Positions 28,387 to 38,470 of a stretch of DNA of 63,300 nucleotides are shown in pieces. The stretch comes from a virus. Its lineage: Duplodnaviria > Caudoviricetes. A program made the position numbers and the translations under genes. Location of the stretch: positions 1 through 63,300 of the IMG/VR virus record IMGVR_UViG_3300010371_000039; one strand, 5' to 3'. How positions within the stretch are numbered: position 1 is the stretch's first letter; every line of letters starts with the position of its first letter. The notes under the pieces were generated by a model. The model saw nothing but the letters and a program-made list of their open reading frames with translations. It made no database searches and was not told where the DNA came from.

Positions 28387-28915
28387 GATGGCACCTCCGC
28401 CCCTCGCAGTTCCACGGTCGCCTCCAGGCGATCGCGCCACTCTTTTTCCGCCCCGTTACCCTCTTTCGCCGGCACACCGCAGTTCCAGGCGAGGCTCACG
28501 AGCCATGACCGGTACACGCGCTTGGCGTCCTGCATGATGCGGTAGTTCACGCGGCCTCCGGATCGTGCGGTGCCGCGTCGTCTTCATGGCGTTTGCGCCG
28601 GTCCGGCCAACTCGGCTGACAGATCCCACCGTGGCCACGCGGCAGCCCACGCGGCAGCCCACACGGCACCGTCCCACCGGCAAACGGCGACACCACCGGC
28701 TTCCCGCATATCGCCGTCGCCTCGGCAGCCATCAGCCCGTTACCCATGGTCACCTCGTGGCGCGAGAACCAGCTCGCACCGACCTGCAACCGATCCTCGT
28801 TCCCTTTGGCCTCGCGACGGCGCGCTCGACGCCCGCCACACCGCATTTTCTAACTGCCAGTTCTCAACGTCCGCAAGGCAAAAGCGACGACGCGTCTAGC
28901 CATTCGAACTCGTAT

Positions 28916-28952
28916 TGGCGTCGCGTGGCATCTGGTGGCGTCGTGTGGCGTC
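28916..28952. repeat. Four TGGCRTC direct repeats at 10-bp period
   Basis: Copies start at 28916, 28926, 28936, 28946. Confidence 0.8.
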
Positions 28953-29051
28953 TTATGAAGACCGTAATCCGATCGCATGGACTTTGGCGCCGTGTCCGTC
29001 TGGCGTCCGCGCGCCGCGACTTCGGTGCGGTGGTCGTCATGGGGTGTCTCC

Positions 29052-30233
29052 TCAAAACAGCGCGCGCTGCGCATCTTCGATGGGCAGGCAGTGTGGACTG
29101 AACCAGATCCTCTCGCGGCGGCAGTTGTCGTTGTCGTCGCCGCTGTACCCGCGAGTCGCCTTCCACGCGTGGCACGTCCAGCCAGGCATGTCGTGCTCGC
29201 CCTCGTATCCGCACAGGGCGATCCGGAGGTCCTTGTCGTCCCCGTTCTCGCGCGCCCACGCGGCCACGCGAGCCGCCAACGTCGTGTCGTCCTCCGCGTA
29301 GAGCCCCGCCGCGCGTTCATCGCCGCCGTAGGGCGGGTCCAGGAACACGGCGCACGGGTTCATGCCGCTGTTGCGACTGCGGGTCGTTCCGAGCACCGAT
29401 GGCGTGCGCACGCGAGTCCAGTCACCGCAGCACACGCGCACGCGGCGAAGCCGCGCCTGGAGCGCGCGAAACCACTCGAGCGCGGGTGGGCCGTCGCGCG
29501 TCACGGGCGCGCCTTCGGCCCACCGCCCTTCTCGCAGGCCGTTTACGACGCCCTGGTTTCCCATCAGATCGGGCATCCGAGACGGCGCGTTGATGCCCCG
29601 GCCTCCACCAGACAGCGAAGGGGGTTGCCCCGCAGACGACACGCCATGGCCGCCGTTGCGCGCGTTCGTCCGCCGTCCGAAGCGACGTTTCGTGTGCGGC
29701 TTTACCGACCAGTCGGCGTTGACCGCGTGCACGCCGTGTCCAGCGTTTGAGGCGCTCACATCTGGGCGCTTCTCGTGGACATCATCGCCCCCATGTCGCG
29801 TGGACGCCGTGCACCACCCGCTACCGATCCACATAGACAGGCCCCAGACCCACCACCCTGCGCGCTTCGCGTCGAAGTACTCGGGGTCCTGGACCATCCG
29901 GGCGCGGTGCTCTTGGAGCGTTGCGACCAGCCACCGGTGGCGGGCATGCAGATCAGGTTCCGATACCGGCCAGTCGCACCACTGCGCGACGTCGTCGGGC
30001 GCCGCGCTCACCGCGCGCCAGAAGTTGGCGAGGTGCGAGTCGACGTCGTTGACGGTTTCGATCTTGGGCTCGTGCGGTCGGCTGAGCAGGACGGCGAGGC
30101 TACCGGCGAACGGCTCGACGTAGTTCGGCACGTTGCCGAAGGCGCGCCACACGATGTCGGCGGCGCGCGACTTTCCGCCGAACCACGGAAAGGGAGCGCG
30201 CAACGTCCCGATCTGCGACTCCGCTGTGCTCAC
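29052..30233 (-). CDS. DNA adenine methyltransferase (Dam/D12 class)
   Basis: PFPWFGGKS, YVEPFAGS, ND, FLDPPY. Confidence 0.93.
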   Translation of the reverse strand: MSTAESQIGTLRAPFPWFGGKSRAADIVWRAFGNVPNYVEPFAGSLAVLLSRPHEPKIETVNDVDSHLANFWRAVSAAPDDVAQWCDWPVSEPDLHARHRWLVATLQEHRARMVQDPEYFDAKRAGWWVWGLSMWIGSGWCTASTRHGGDDVHEKRPDVSASNAGHGVHAVNADWSVKPHTKRRFGRRTNARNGGHGVSSAGQPPSLSGGGRGINAPSRMPDLMGNQGVVNGLREGRWAEGAPVTRDGPPALEWFRALQARLRRVRVCCGDWTRVRTPSVLGTTRSRNSGMNPCAVFLDPPYGGDERAAGLYAEDDTTLAARVAAWARENGDDKDLRIALCGYEGEHDMPGWTCHAWKATRGYSGDDNDNCRRERIWFSPHCLPIEDAQRALF

Positions 30234-30529
30234 TTGCCAGCCCCTTTCCTCGAGTCCTCGAGCCACTTCCGCCCGAAGTCCGTCAGCTCGTACCTGCCGC
30301 CCGTGCGTGCGACGAAGCCGTCGCCCTCGAGCAGCGCGAGTTCTCGCGGCGACAGCATCTCCGGGTAGAGCGCAAACAGTTCCAGCTCCGAGATCGACGG
30401 TGACTGGAGGCTCGGGTGCTGCTCGCCCGAGCGGCGCATCCAACTGCCGGCGGTGGAGCGGGGCCGCATGGGGAGCACGCGGGCCTGGGCCTCCGAGACG
30501 CGCTTCTGGGCTGCGCGGCGGTCAGCCAT
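30230..30529 (-). CDS. Small winged-helix-like protein
   Basis: LEGDGFV...YELTDFGRKWL. Confidence 0.5.
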   Translation of the reverse strand: MADRRAAQKRVSEAQARVLPMRPRSTAGSWMRRSGEQHPSLQSPSISELELFALYPEMLSPRELALLEGDGFVARTGGRYELTDFGRKWLEDSRKGAGK

Positions 30530-32024
30530 TCGGACCTCCGTAGACGCGAGCGAACGTCTCCTCGCCGTCGTAGTCGCGGAAGGCCACGTGCACCGGGTCG
30601 AATTCGACGAGTAGTGGGCCCTGCGAGTCGTTGCGAGCCTTCGCCACGATGAGAGCCGCCGGCTTGGTCGTGTCGAGGACCCCGGACTGCTTGTCCTTGT
30701 CGCGATGCAGGATGAGCACCATGTCCGCGTCGCGCCCGATCGCATCGCTCTCCGCCAGGTGGTGCAGTTGTGGAATACGCGACTCGCTCTTTTGGCTCTC
30801 GGACTGGCGGTTGATCTGGGCCAGTGCCATCACGTGGCACCCGAAGCGCTCTGCGAGGCGCCGGAGGTGGCGACTTACCTCCGCCACCTGCCTCTCGCGA
30901 CTGTCGCGCTTGAGGGCCTCCGACGATGGGATGACGAGGCCCACGTGGTCGACGACGATGAGGGCGAGCACCTTGCCCTCACGCGCGAGCTTGCGCACCA
31001 GCTCGTCACACATGCTCGCGATGCTCGCGATGGTCTGCTGCGTGGAGTCGGCGAAGAACAGGCCCAGTTGCGTGATCTCTCCGACAGCCGCCGTAAGCGC
31101 GCCCCATTGCTCCTTGCTCAACGTGCCGTCGGGACGTCCCACCCGGCGAAGGGCGCGCGCTGGGATGCCTGCCCGCGCAGCCGCAAGGCGTCCGCAGAAG
31201 AGGGAGGCCTTCATCTCGAGCGAGACGTAGAGGACCACCGCGTTCTCCGATCGCTCGGCGATCCCCATCGCGATACCCGCGGCCAACGCGCTCTTGCCCA
31301 CCGATGTGCGCGCGGCGAGAACCGAGACCTCATTGGGAAAAAGCCCTACGACCTCCTGGTCGAGGTCCCGCAGCCCTGTCGACCAGCACGCGCTCTGCGC
31401 CGCGCGAACGCGCTCAAAGTACTCCGTGAACGCGTCCTTCGCCGAGACGAAGTGACCTGACGCCGAGAGGTCGCCGCCCACCTCCGCAAGCTTCGATAGC
31501 GCCGAAGCAAGCGCCTCCCCCGGCGGCATCTTCGGATTGCGCGCCATGGTCGCGATCTCCGCGGAGCACGCGACGATCTTCCTTCGGCTCCACGCGTCAC
31601 GGATACCGTGAGCGTAGGCGCGCGCCTGCGCCTCGCTGACCGTAGTCGCGTCGTCGAGCAGGCCGCGGAGCTTCCCGAGGTCCCAGCCGCGCCCCGAGGC
31701 GACCATCTGCGCATGCACCGCGACAGGTTCGTGGTGCGCCCCCTGCGCGTGACAGTCCACCATTGCGCGCACGATGTCCGCGTGCCGCGCGTCGCCCATC
31801 GTCTCGCCGCCGCGCAGCAGGTCGAGGACCATCTCGACGCGGAGCGCCTCGGGGGCGTTCGTGCCGGCCCAGAGAAGCGCTCCGAGTAGAGCGCGCTCTT
31901 GGGCGACGTCCGGCGGGTAGCTCGCGCCGCGCGGCTGCCCTCGCATCCGCTCCGTGCCCGCCGCAGGATCGGGCGACAGCTTTCCGGCCTTCAGTCGGTC
32001 GGCTTCATCGGGCGCAGAGGTCAC
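30522..32024 (-). CDS. dnaB: Replicative DNA helicase
   Basis: AARTSVGKS, SLEM, IVVDHVGL, LAQINR, ESDAIGRDAD, AKARN. Confidence 0.93.
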   Translation of the reverse strand: MTSAPDEADRLKAGKLSPDPAAGTERMRGQPRGASYPPDVAQERALLGALLWAGTNAPEALRVEMVLDLLRGGETMGDARHADIVRAMVDCHAQGAHHEPVAVHAQMVASGRGWDLGKLRGLLDDATTVSEAQARAYAHGIRDAWSRRKIVACSAEIATMARNPKMPPGEALASALSKLAEVGGDLSASGHFVSAKDAFTEYFERVRAAQSACWSTGLRDLDQEVVGLFPNEVSVLAARTSVGKSALAAGIAMGIAERSENAVVLYVSLEMKASLFCGRLAAARAGIPARALRRVGRPDGTLSKEQWGALTAAVGEITQLGLFFADSTQQTIASIASMCDELVRKLAREGKVLALIVVDHVGLVIPSSEALKRDSRERQVAEVSRHLRRLAERFGCHVMALAQINRQSESQKSESRIPQLHHLAESDAIGRDADMVLILHRDKDKQSGVLDTTKPAALIVAKARNDSQGPLLVEFDPVHVAFRDYDGEETFARVYGGPNG

Positions 32025-33082
32025 GCGTCCCTCCTGGTGCGAAACACGAATGCCCTGCGGCGGAGCGAGGCCTCGACTTCCGCCGCGTATCGGTCCCCCG
32101 CCTTGTCGTTGTCCGTTCGGACGTAGACCCGGATGCCGATCGGAATCCGCTCCGCGAACTTCGACGTCCACGAGCCGCTCACGATCCCCAGTACCGCGAC
32201 AGACGGGGCTCGCGTCACCTGGCAGCGAGCGAGGAAATCAGGCTCTCCCTCGACGACGACGACAGTCTCCGGGGCGCGCTCGCCGCGCAGCATCGCGAGT
32301 CCGAAGGTCTCCGCCATCACGAGCTCCGACGCCTTGTGCCCACTCGGCGGGAGGCGCTTCGGGCCCTCTCCGTCGCGCACGCGCCACGCTCGCACGCTCC
32401 GCAGCGCGCCGCCGGCATCGAACATCGGGACGATCAGTCGGTAACCCAGGTCGCGCCACGGGCGCGCCGCATCGTCGCTCCCGCGGTAGGCCGCCCATCG
32501 CGGAAGGGCGCCGCGCGATGGGAGCACCCGGCCGATCCCGCGACCGTCCACCCCCGCCGGGTCGATGCCGCGGCCGCGAAGGTACGCCGCGACCTCCGCG
32601 TCGTCGGACACCGGACGGCACGCGCCCCAAAGCGCCTCGACCTCCTGCAGATCGGGCCAGGGGCGATCGGCGGGCGGCGAAGGCTCAGGGCGAGCCGGCG
32701 GCGGCGCCGGGCGTTCGGCGGCCGGCGCGCGACCCGAGATCTCGTCGACGATTTGCCAGAGCCCACCGATGCGCGCAGCCTCGAGCAGCACCTCGCGGAA
32801 GTCCCGGCGCACGCTCAGGCCGCGCACGGCAGCCACGAGCCCCAGCACGTCGCCGCCGGCGCCGCACCCGTGGCAGTTCCAAAGTAGCGCTCCAGAGCGA
32901 TTCTGGACCGAACAGCTCGGGCTTCGGTCGCCGTGCACCGGGCAGCGGATGATCCAACCGCCAGCCTGTCGCTGGCGCGCGCGACCTTCGCCGAGGATGC
33001 CCAGCGCCTCGAGCACGCGCGTCGGGTCCGTGAGGGCGCGCTTGATCTCGGGGGCATGGTTCACGCGATCGGCAGCCATCAT
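32021..33082 (-). CDS. DNA primase (CHC2 Zn finger + TOPRIM)
   Basis: CPVHGDRSPS...CHGCGAGGD; VVEGEPD; DNDKAG. Confidence 0.9.
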   Translation of the reverse strand: MMAADRVNHAPEIKRALTDPTRVLEALGILGEGRARQRQAGGWIIRCPVHGDRSPSCSVQNRSGALLWNCHGCGAGGDVLGLVAAVRGLSVRRDFREVLLEAARIGGLWQIVDEISGRAPAAERPAPPPARPEPSPPADRPWPDLQEVEALWGACRPVSDDAEVAAYLRGRGIDPAGVDGRGIGRVLPSRGALPRWAAYRGSDDAARPWRDLGYRLIVPMFDAGGALRSVRAWRVRDGEGPKRLPPSGHKASELVMAETFGLAMLRGERAPETVVVVEGEPDFLARCQVTRAPSVAVLGIVSGSWTSKFAERIPIGIRVYVRTDNDKAGDRYAAEVEASLRRRAFVFRTRRDA

Positions 33083-34068
33083 CCGGCCCTCCGGATCCGG
33101 TCGAAGTCGGACCCGATCGAACCCTCCCGCAGCACGTGGTCCCGCAACAGCGCGTCGATGTCGGGCACCTCAACGAGTTCCGCAGATGGCGGCGCCGGCT
33201 CGGTTTCGGCGCGCCCGTCGGCACGCTGGGCGGGAGCGGGAGCCACGTAACCGCCGGAACTCACCCAGCGCTCAAAGTCCGGCGGGCTAAGCCTTTTGCC
33301 TCGGTTCGCCGTCGCGTAGGCCGCGCCTGCGCGACCGGCCCACTCGATTCGAGCCTGGGCGTCCGTCGCGCGCGAGTGCTCACGGATCGCCGTAGCGAGC
33401 GTCTCGAGATCCCATCGATTCAGCCTCGGCGGGGCGGCGGCCTGCGTCACCGAACGCACGCCGTAACCCCATTCAGCCACGGCCATGCCGCCCGCGCCGT
33501 CGTCCGTGGTCGGCCGTGTCGGCTTCGACTCCGACACAGCGACAACGCTAGTAGGTGGATCTGGATCTACGAGATCAGAGAGAGAAGATCCTCTCCTCTC
33601 CTCTCCTCTCCAGGAGTCACCGTCTCGTAACTCATCACGTAACGCGTTACGTGACGTGTTAGGTGACGCGTCGTCTTCGGCGTTACCAGCCTCCGTCTTC
33701 TTTTTGCCTCGATGCTTCGCCTGTCGGTCGGCGTTCGACTTCAGTCGAGCGTCGATCTCTGCCTTCGTTTCGTTGAATTCGTCGTACTTTACGACACGGA
33801 TCCCGTCGACGCCCTTCTTGGTGACCACCGCAAAGAGGCCCACTTCGACGAGGCGTTGAATGTGGTCCGGCAGGTTGTACTTACCGAGCCATTCGAGGGC
33901 GCAGAACCCATCCTTCTCGCGAAAACGCGAGGCGCACAGGGCGGCCAGCCAGACGCCCATACAGGCCGCCCGTTCCACCGGATCCTTGATGGGCAGGAGG
34001 CGCTCATGATCGGGAAGCTCGACCCCGACGTGTGCGACGATACGGATGCGTCCGGACGGACTGGCCAT
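33079..34068 (-). CDS. Replication initiator protein
   Basis: N-terminal wHTH-like region, NADRQAKHR helix, low-complexity linker; upstream of primase/helicase. Confidence 0.7.
   Translation of the reverse strand: MASPSGRIRIVAHVGVELPDHERLLPIKDPVERAACMGVWLAALCASRFREKDGFCALEWLGKYNLPDHIQRLVEVGLFAVVTKKGVDGIRVVKYDEFNETKAEIDARLKSNADRQAKHRGKKKTEAGNAEDDASPNTSRNALRDELRDGDSWRGEERRGSSLSDLVDPDPPTSVVAVSESKPTRPTTDDGAGGMAVAEWGYGVRSVTQAAAPPRLNRWDLETLATAIREHSRATDAQARIEWAGRAGAAYATANRGKRLSPPDFERWVSSGGYVAPAPAQRADGRAETEPAPPSAELVEVPDIDALLRDHVLREGSIGSDFDRIRRAG
33565..33670. promoter_or_regulatory. Putative replication origin inside the initiator gene
   Basis: Perfect 20-bp palindrome TCACGTAACGCGTTACGTGA (33635-33654), CGTAAC/GTGACG repeats, adjacent GA/CT tract. 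Confidence 0.55.
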
Positions 34069-34671
34069 CTACCAGCCCTCCTCCGCGTCGCCCTTCCACT
34101 GCACTGCGTTGGCGGCCTTGCCCCAGCGTCGCCGGAGCGCCTCCTCGTCCGGAGGCGCAGCTACGGCCATGCGCTCGTCGGAGCCGCAGGCGTGGCATCG
34201 GTAGCCGGCGCTCGCATGCCGGAACGACGTGCGCTCGCAGGCGCCGCAGTCGATGACCTCGGCGTGGTCTGCCGCCTGCCACCCGTCTTCCACCTCGCGA
34301 TCCCACAGCCCGAGGAGACCGAACGATGGCCAGCCGGCGGACGCGAAGATCCGCGCCCCCACGACCAGGAAGTCGCCGCGCCACCCGCTGCGGCAGATCT
34401 TCTGTGCGAGCGGCTCCAGCTCCGCGAAGTCGAGGGCTGGCTTGACCTCGACCACGAGGTGCGGACGCCCGGGCAACGAGACGATGAAGTCCGGGATGTA
34501 CCCCGAGAGGTCGAGCGGCTCGTACTCCCACGGCCACCGCAACTCGGTGAACATCGCGGCCCATTTGGCCTCGAGACGGCTCCGGAATCGGACGCCCGAG
34601 TACTCCGTAGCGATGCTGGTCTGCGACAGATCGATCGTTGCCGCGCGCGCGGTGGCGACTCGGAATCCCAT
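34069..34671 (-). CDS. PD-(D/E)xK nuclease
   Basis: FRSRLEAKWA...WEYEP...YIPDF...VEVKP. Confidence 0.8.
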   Translation of the reverse strand: MGFRVATARAATIDLSQTSIATEYSGVRFRSRLEAKWAAMFTELRWPWEYEPLDLSGYIPDFIVSLPGRPHLVVEVKPALDFAELEPLAQKICRSGWRGDFLVVGARIFASAGWPSFGLLGLWDREVEDGWQAADHAEVIDCGACERTSFRHASAGYRCHACGSDERMAVAAPPDEEALRRRWGKAANAVQWKGDAEEGW

Positions 34672-34964
34672 CAGCCTTCGACCTCCTCCCGTACCAGCCG
34701 CTCGATCTGCTCCTGCCTATCCTGCGCGACGCGCTGCCAGTGCTGGACGGCGGCGCGGGACTCGCCGAGCGACGGGCTGACGCCGCCCGTCGCCGCGTCG
34801 AGGCAGACGAGCATCCGGTCCAGACACGCGACGCAGAGGTCCTCGGCGGTCATCTGGCGCGCGGGACCGCGGACGCCGCGGACCACCATCACGTCGCGCG
34901 CGCGGCACATCCCGCAGCGCCCACGTGTGACCTCGAGTTCGAACGAAGCTTGTTCCTCGGACAC
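34671..34964 (-). CDS. Hypothetical Zn-binding/coiled-coil protein
   Basis: CGMC...CVAC; AAGGAGG RBS. Confidence 0.5.
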   Translation of the reverse strand: MSEEQASFELEVTRGRCGMCRARDVMVVRGVRGPARQMTAEDLCVACLDRMLVCLDAATGGVSPSLGESRAAVQHWQRVAQDRQEQIERLVREEVEG

Positions 34965-35024
34965 GATGCCCTCCTTTCCTGCGAAGAAAGTCCCCACGAC
35001 CCCACTGCCCGGCGCGGCTCGGCC

Positions 35025-35543
35025 CTACGCCAGGCCCCAGCGCTTGCCCTCGTGCCAGAGAGCCACCGTCGCCACCGCGAGCGCGTCGCGCACGTGATTC
35101 GCCACCCGTGGCAGGTCCACCGTCCAGCGGGTCACCGCCGCCTTGACCATCGCGTCGGTGGCGTTTGGGCGACCGCAGATCGCCCGGCGCACCTCGGCGG
35201 CGCCAAGCTCGAAGGGCGTCGCGCCGGTTCGCGATCGAGCCAGCGCGTAGACCTGACCCGATACGTGGCTCGCACGGATCAGGGCCTTCGCGGTGGCCGT
35301 CGCCGCCTTGGGTCCGTCCGTCGACTTGATGAATTCGCCAGGCCGCTCGATGGCTATGATGTCGTGCGCGTAGCTGATGAGCGCATCGAAGTGGTCGGAC
35401 TCAGTTCCATCCGATTCGATGACGCCGCCTTCGACGTACCGCACGAGGCCCCGCGCATCGCGCCCGAGTTCCACTACGCAGTAGCCCGTATGGGCGGAGC
35501 CAGGATCGAAGCCGATGGCGCGAAGGATGGTGGGGCGGGTCAT
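35025..35543 (-). CDS. ruvC: Holliday junction resolvase RuvC-like
   Basis: IGFDPGSAHTGY, IAIE, VRRAICGRPNATDAMV, DALAVA. Confidence 0.88.
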   Translation of the reverse strand: MTRPTILRAIGFDPGSAHTGYCVVELGRDARGLVRYVEGGVIESDGTESDHFDALISYAHDIIAIERPGEFIKSTDGPKAATATAKALIRASHVSGQVYALARSRTGATPFELGAAEVRRAICGRPNATDAMVKAAVTRWTVDLPRVANHVRDALAVATVALWHEGKRWGLA

Positions 35544-35688
35544 GGAAGCCTCCGGAGACACCGCGCCGGCGTGTCGGCGATGGGCAGCCAGTCGATCGCG
35601 TCGCACGGCGCAGCGCACGCGACGTAGGCCGACGCGATAATGAGAACGACGGAGAGCAGCAGCATTGGCCACCACGGGGTGTCGTCGT

Positions 35689-36087
35689 TCACGGGCGCCT
35701 CCCTCCGAAAAGATTCGTGAGCCACTCGCCCTTTCGCCGCTCGTACTCCGACTTGCGATTGCGAGCGGCGGCCGGGCCCTCGGCCAAGATGCTCTCTCGG
35801 ATGCGCCGCGCGAGGCGCAGAGCGGTCGCGTACGACTCGACCCAGAAGCCGTCACCAAAGATGGGGTTGCCGTGCTCGTCGTGCGTGCTGCAGCCGACAA
35901 AGTAGCCGACCGTCTCCGGCGACGTTGGCTCCGGTCCCCACGTGGGCACGTGGCAGTTGCGACGCTCCATGTCCTCGTCGAGGACGACCGACCGATTCGA
36001 CGGCCAGTGGATCCACCACATCGAGTTGCCGATGACCGTCCAGCCTTCGGCGGTCAGTTCAGGTCCCAGTGTGCGTGTGGTGGTCAC
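35689..36087 (-). CDS. Hypothetical protein
   Basis: GGAGG RBS, GTGA coupling. Confidence 0.5.
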   Translation of the reverse strand: MTTTRTLGPELTAEGWTVIGNSMWWIHWPSNRSVVLDEDMERRNCHVPTWGPEPTSPETVGYFVGCSTHDEHGNPIFGDGFWVESYATALRLARRIRESILAEGPAAARNRKSEYERRKGEWLTNLFGGRRP

Positions 36088-36674
36088 GGGCGCCTCCGCG
36101 AGATCGCTCCCGCGTCCTGCGCGGCACGGTTGTCCTTCAGGTCGTAGGGCTTCTGGCGGCGCTGGTAACGATGGACGGTCAGCGACGGCTCGTCGGAGTG
36201 GGGCGTCTCGTAGAGCAGCGCGAACGCTGACTCGTCGATCGTCGGCGCCAGCACGGATCCCTCCACCGGAACTACGTCCGGAACGAGCGTCACGTCGATG
36301 ACGTCGAGCTCCGGCAGCGCGAGCGCCGCCTCGTAGATGCGCGCGCCGCCGATGAACCATACGTCGTTGTATCCTTCCTGCCGCGCAATCCTTAGGGCGA
36401 GTTCGACCCCAATTGGGCAGCAGATGCTGGTCACCTTGTTGAGGCGCTGGATTGGGTGTTTGAGCGGCGGCTGGATCCCCTGCGATGTCACCACCAGGTT
36501 GAGTCGCCCCGGCAGCGGCCTGCCGATGCTCTCGTAGGTGCGCCGCCCCATGACGACGGCGGCGCCCATCGTCACGCGCTTGAAGCGCGCCAAGTCGCCT
36601 GGGTAGCGCCAGGGGACCTTGCCGTCGCGGCCAATCACGCGGTCCGCGGTCTGAGCCCAAATCGCGCCAATCAT
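36084..36674 (-). CDS. folA: Dihydrofolate reductase
   Basis: VIGRDGKVPW, DLARFKRVT, MGRRTYESIGRPLPGR, IGGARIY. Confidence 0.95.
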   Translation of the reverse strand: MIGAIWAQTADRVIGRDGKVPWRYPGDLARFKRVTMGAAVVMGRRTYESIGRPLPGRLNLVVTSQGIQPPLKHPIQRLNKVTSICCPIGVELALRIARQEGYNDVWFIGGARIYEAALALPELDVIDVTLVPDVVPVEGSVLAPTIDESAFALLYETPHSDEPSLTVHRYQRRQKPYDLKDNRAAQDAGAISRRRP

Positions 36675-37282
36675 CTTTCACCTCGATTCGTGAGTTCCAG
36701 CATCCGCGCGTAGAGCCGCGGGCATCGCCCCTTCGGGCTCTCCTCCTGGTAGAGCGCCTCGAGCTCGTCCCAGTGCTCGACGAGCGGAGCCCACTCGGGG
36801 AAGCGGGCCGCGACCTCGGGGAGGCGCGCGCGCCACTCCGGAGCAATGACCAGGAGTCGACTGCACCGCCCGAAGTCGTCCCCGTCGCGCGGCGGACTCC
36901 CGTCGGGCTTTCCCGCGTCCCAGTACAGGAACGCTCCATCGTCGGGCTTCAGCACCCCGTAGATCGTCCGGGAGCTGATGCCGGTGTCGGTGCCGCGGAG
37001 CCAGGCCTCGACGGACTTCGTTGCCGCGACCTCGGGGCACGATCCGCCCGCGCCGGTGCCGTGGCCACGATTCCCGCAGTGGACGCAGTGCAGGCCCTCT
37101 GGAGACAGCTTGCAGCGGCGGTGGTCCTTGGTGAAGGCGCCCATCGCGGCGGTCACGATCGAGATCGGCGCCGGCAGCTTCACTGCGTAGTACGAACCGC
37201 AGCGCAGGCACTCGAATCGGCCGCCACGCGCGGCGTTGATGATGACCCAGTCGGTGGCCGAGTCCCCGGCACTCTGCTTCAC
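36671..37282 (-). CDS. Conserved phage hypothetical protein with N-terminal Zn fingers
   Basis: DTGISS...PRDGDDFGRC...LVEHWDELEALY. Confidence 0.6.
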   Translation of the reverse strand: MKQSAGDSATDWVIINAARGGRFECLRCGSYYAVKLPAPISIVTAAMGAFTKDHRRCKLSPEGLHCVHCGNRGHGTGAGGSCPEVAATKSVEAWLRGTDTGISSRTIYGVLKPDDGAFLYWDAGKPDGSPPRDGDDFGRCSRLLVIAPEWRARLPEVAARFPEWAPLVEHWDELEALYQEESPKGRCPRLYARMLELTNRGER

Positions 37283-38331
37283 GGCTGCACCTCCGGAAAC
37301 TCGCGAACGCGGAGGTCTTCGGGCCACTCGCTCCAGTCGCCGCCCTTGCGGGCCACGAGTTGGGGTAGTCGAGACACGTCGCCGAGTTGGTAGGCGTACG
37401 GGTTCGCCCCGAGCTGCTTTACGAAGCACGCGACGCCCGCGGCGCGGCACTGTGTGACCACGGACCGAGCCCACGCGACGTCGAACGGACGCGCACCGGG
37501 GCCGCTCTCACCGCCGACAATGACCCAATTCAGGAACGGTCCGAAGCCTGGCGGGCATTGGTACTCCTCGTACAGTTCGTGCCCGACGCGGCACCGCACG
37601 CAGTGACCGTCGCCTTCGTCCTCGACGGCGCCGATCCATGGCGCGAAGTTGATGGGGCCCAGCGCGGGTTCGAAGCTCACGAACCGCACCGCCGCGGGCA
37701 CGCGCAGGAGCTCCGGCACGCGCTCCTCGGCGCGCTGCTGGTCCTCGGCCGAGACTCCGATCCACACGTTCGGGAGGGGCCACGCACGCGCGACACGCCT
37801 AGTTACCATGCGCCCGGCCGCGCCCCGGAATAGGCCGTCCTCGTCACGCAGTCGTTCACATGCCGCGCCGAAGCACCGCATAATTTTCCCCTCAGCGGTC
37901 GGGTTCTCCGCGTCCAGCCAGTCGAACCACTCGCGCATCCGCGACGCGCGCTTCGTGAGCACCTGGAACGTGTGGTGAGGGCACGCCGCCATCACACCGA
38001 AGATCGACGCGATTTCCTTGTTCGACAGCGTCTCGTGGAACAGGTCCGACATGCTGTTCACAAAGACGCGCCGCGGATTTGTCCACCGGAGCGGCTCCAC
38101 GAGCTTCTCGGGCACGAGGCGCACGTCACCCGTCCAGCGCGGTCCCTGTTTGCCGAGCCTCACGAGACCCTCGTAGGGCATACCGGGCCCCGAGAATCGG
38201 TACGCCTGCCTCTCGGCGTAGCACCCCCCCACATCCGCCGCGCCCCCACATCCCGGGGACACGCGGGAGCACCCACGCGTCGGGTTCCAGGTAGCGTCGG
38301 TCCACTCGATGCTCGAGTTGGCGCCCATCAC
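37279..38331 (-). CDS. DUF5131 (phage Gp37/Gp68) protein
   Basis: IEWTDATWNPTRGCSRVSPGC..CYAE, FVNSMSDLFH, WVIVGGESG. Confidence 0.93.
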   Translation of the reverse strand: MMGANSSIEWTDATWNPTRGCSRVSPGCGGAADVGGCYAERQAYRFSGPGMPYEGLVRLGKQGPRWTGDVRLVPEKLVEPLRWTNPRRVFVNSMSDLFHETLSNKEIASIFGVMAACPHHTFQVLTKRASRMREWFDWLDAENPTAEGKIMRCFGAACERLRDEDGLFRGAAGRMVTRRVARAWPLPNVWIGVSAEDQQRAEERVPELLRVPAAVRFVSFEPALGPINFAPWIGAVEDEGDGHCVRCRVGHELYEEYQCPPGFGPFLNWVIVGGESGPGARPFDVAWARSVVTQCRAAGVACFVKQLGANPYAYQLGDVSRLPQLVARKGGDWSEWPEDLRVREFPEVQP

Positions 38332-38470
38332 CGCACCTCGACGCCGTGGTCACACGAGCACCCGATTTCGTGGTGGACGCCATTCCACGTCACCCCGAAG
38401 ACGAGGGCCCAGACGAGGATGACGAACAGGGTGATGCTGAGGCACCCGCAGCCGCCGCCACTCGATTCGC

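Noticed and set aside
28634-28663. 12-bp tandem duplication (GLPRGLPRG)
   Set aside because: Two copies only; ordinary slippage
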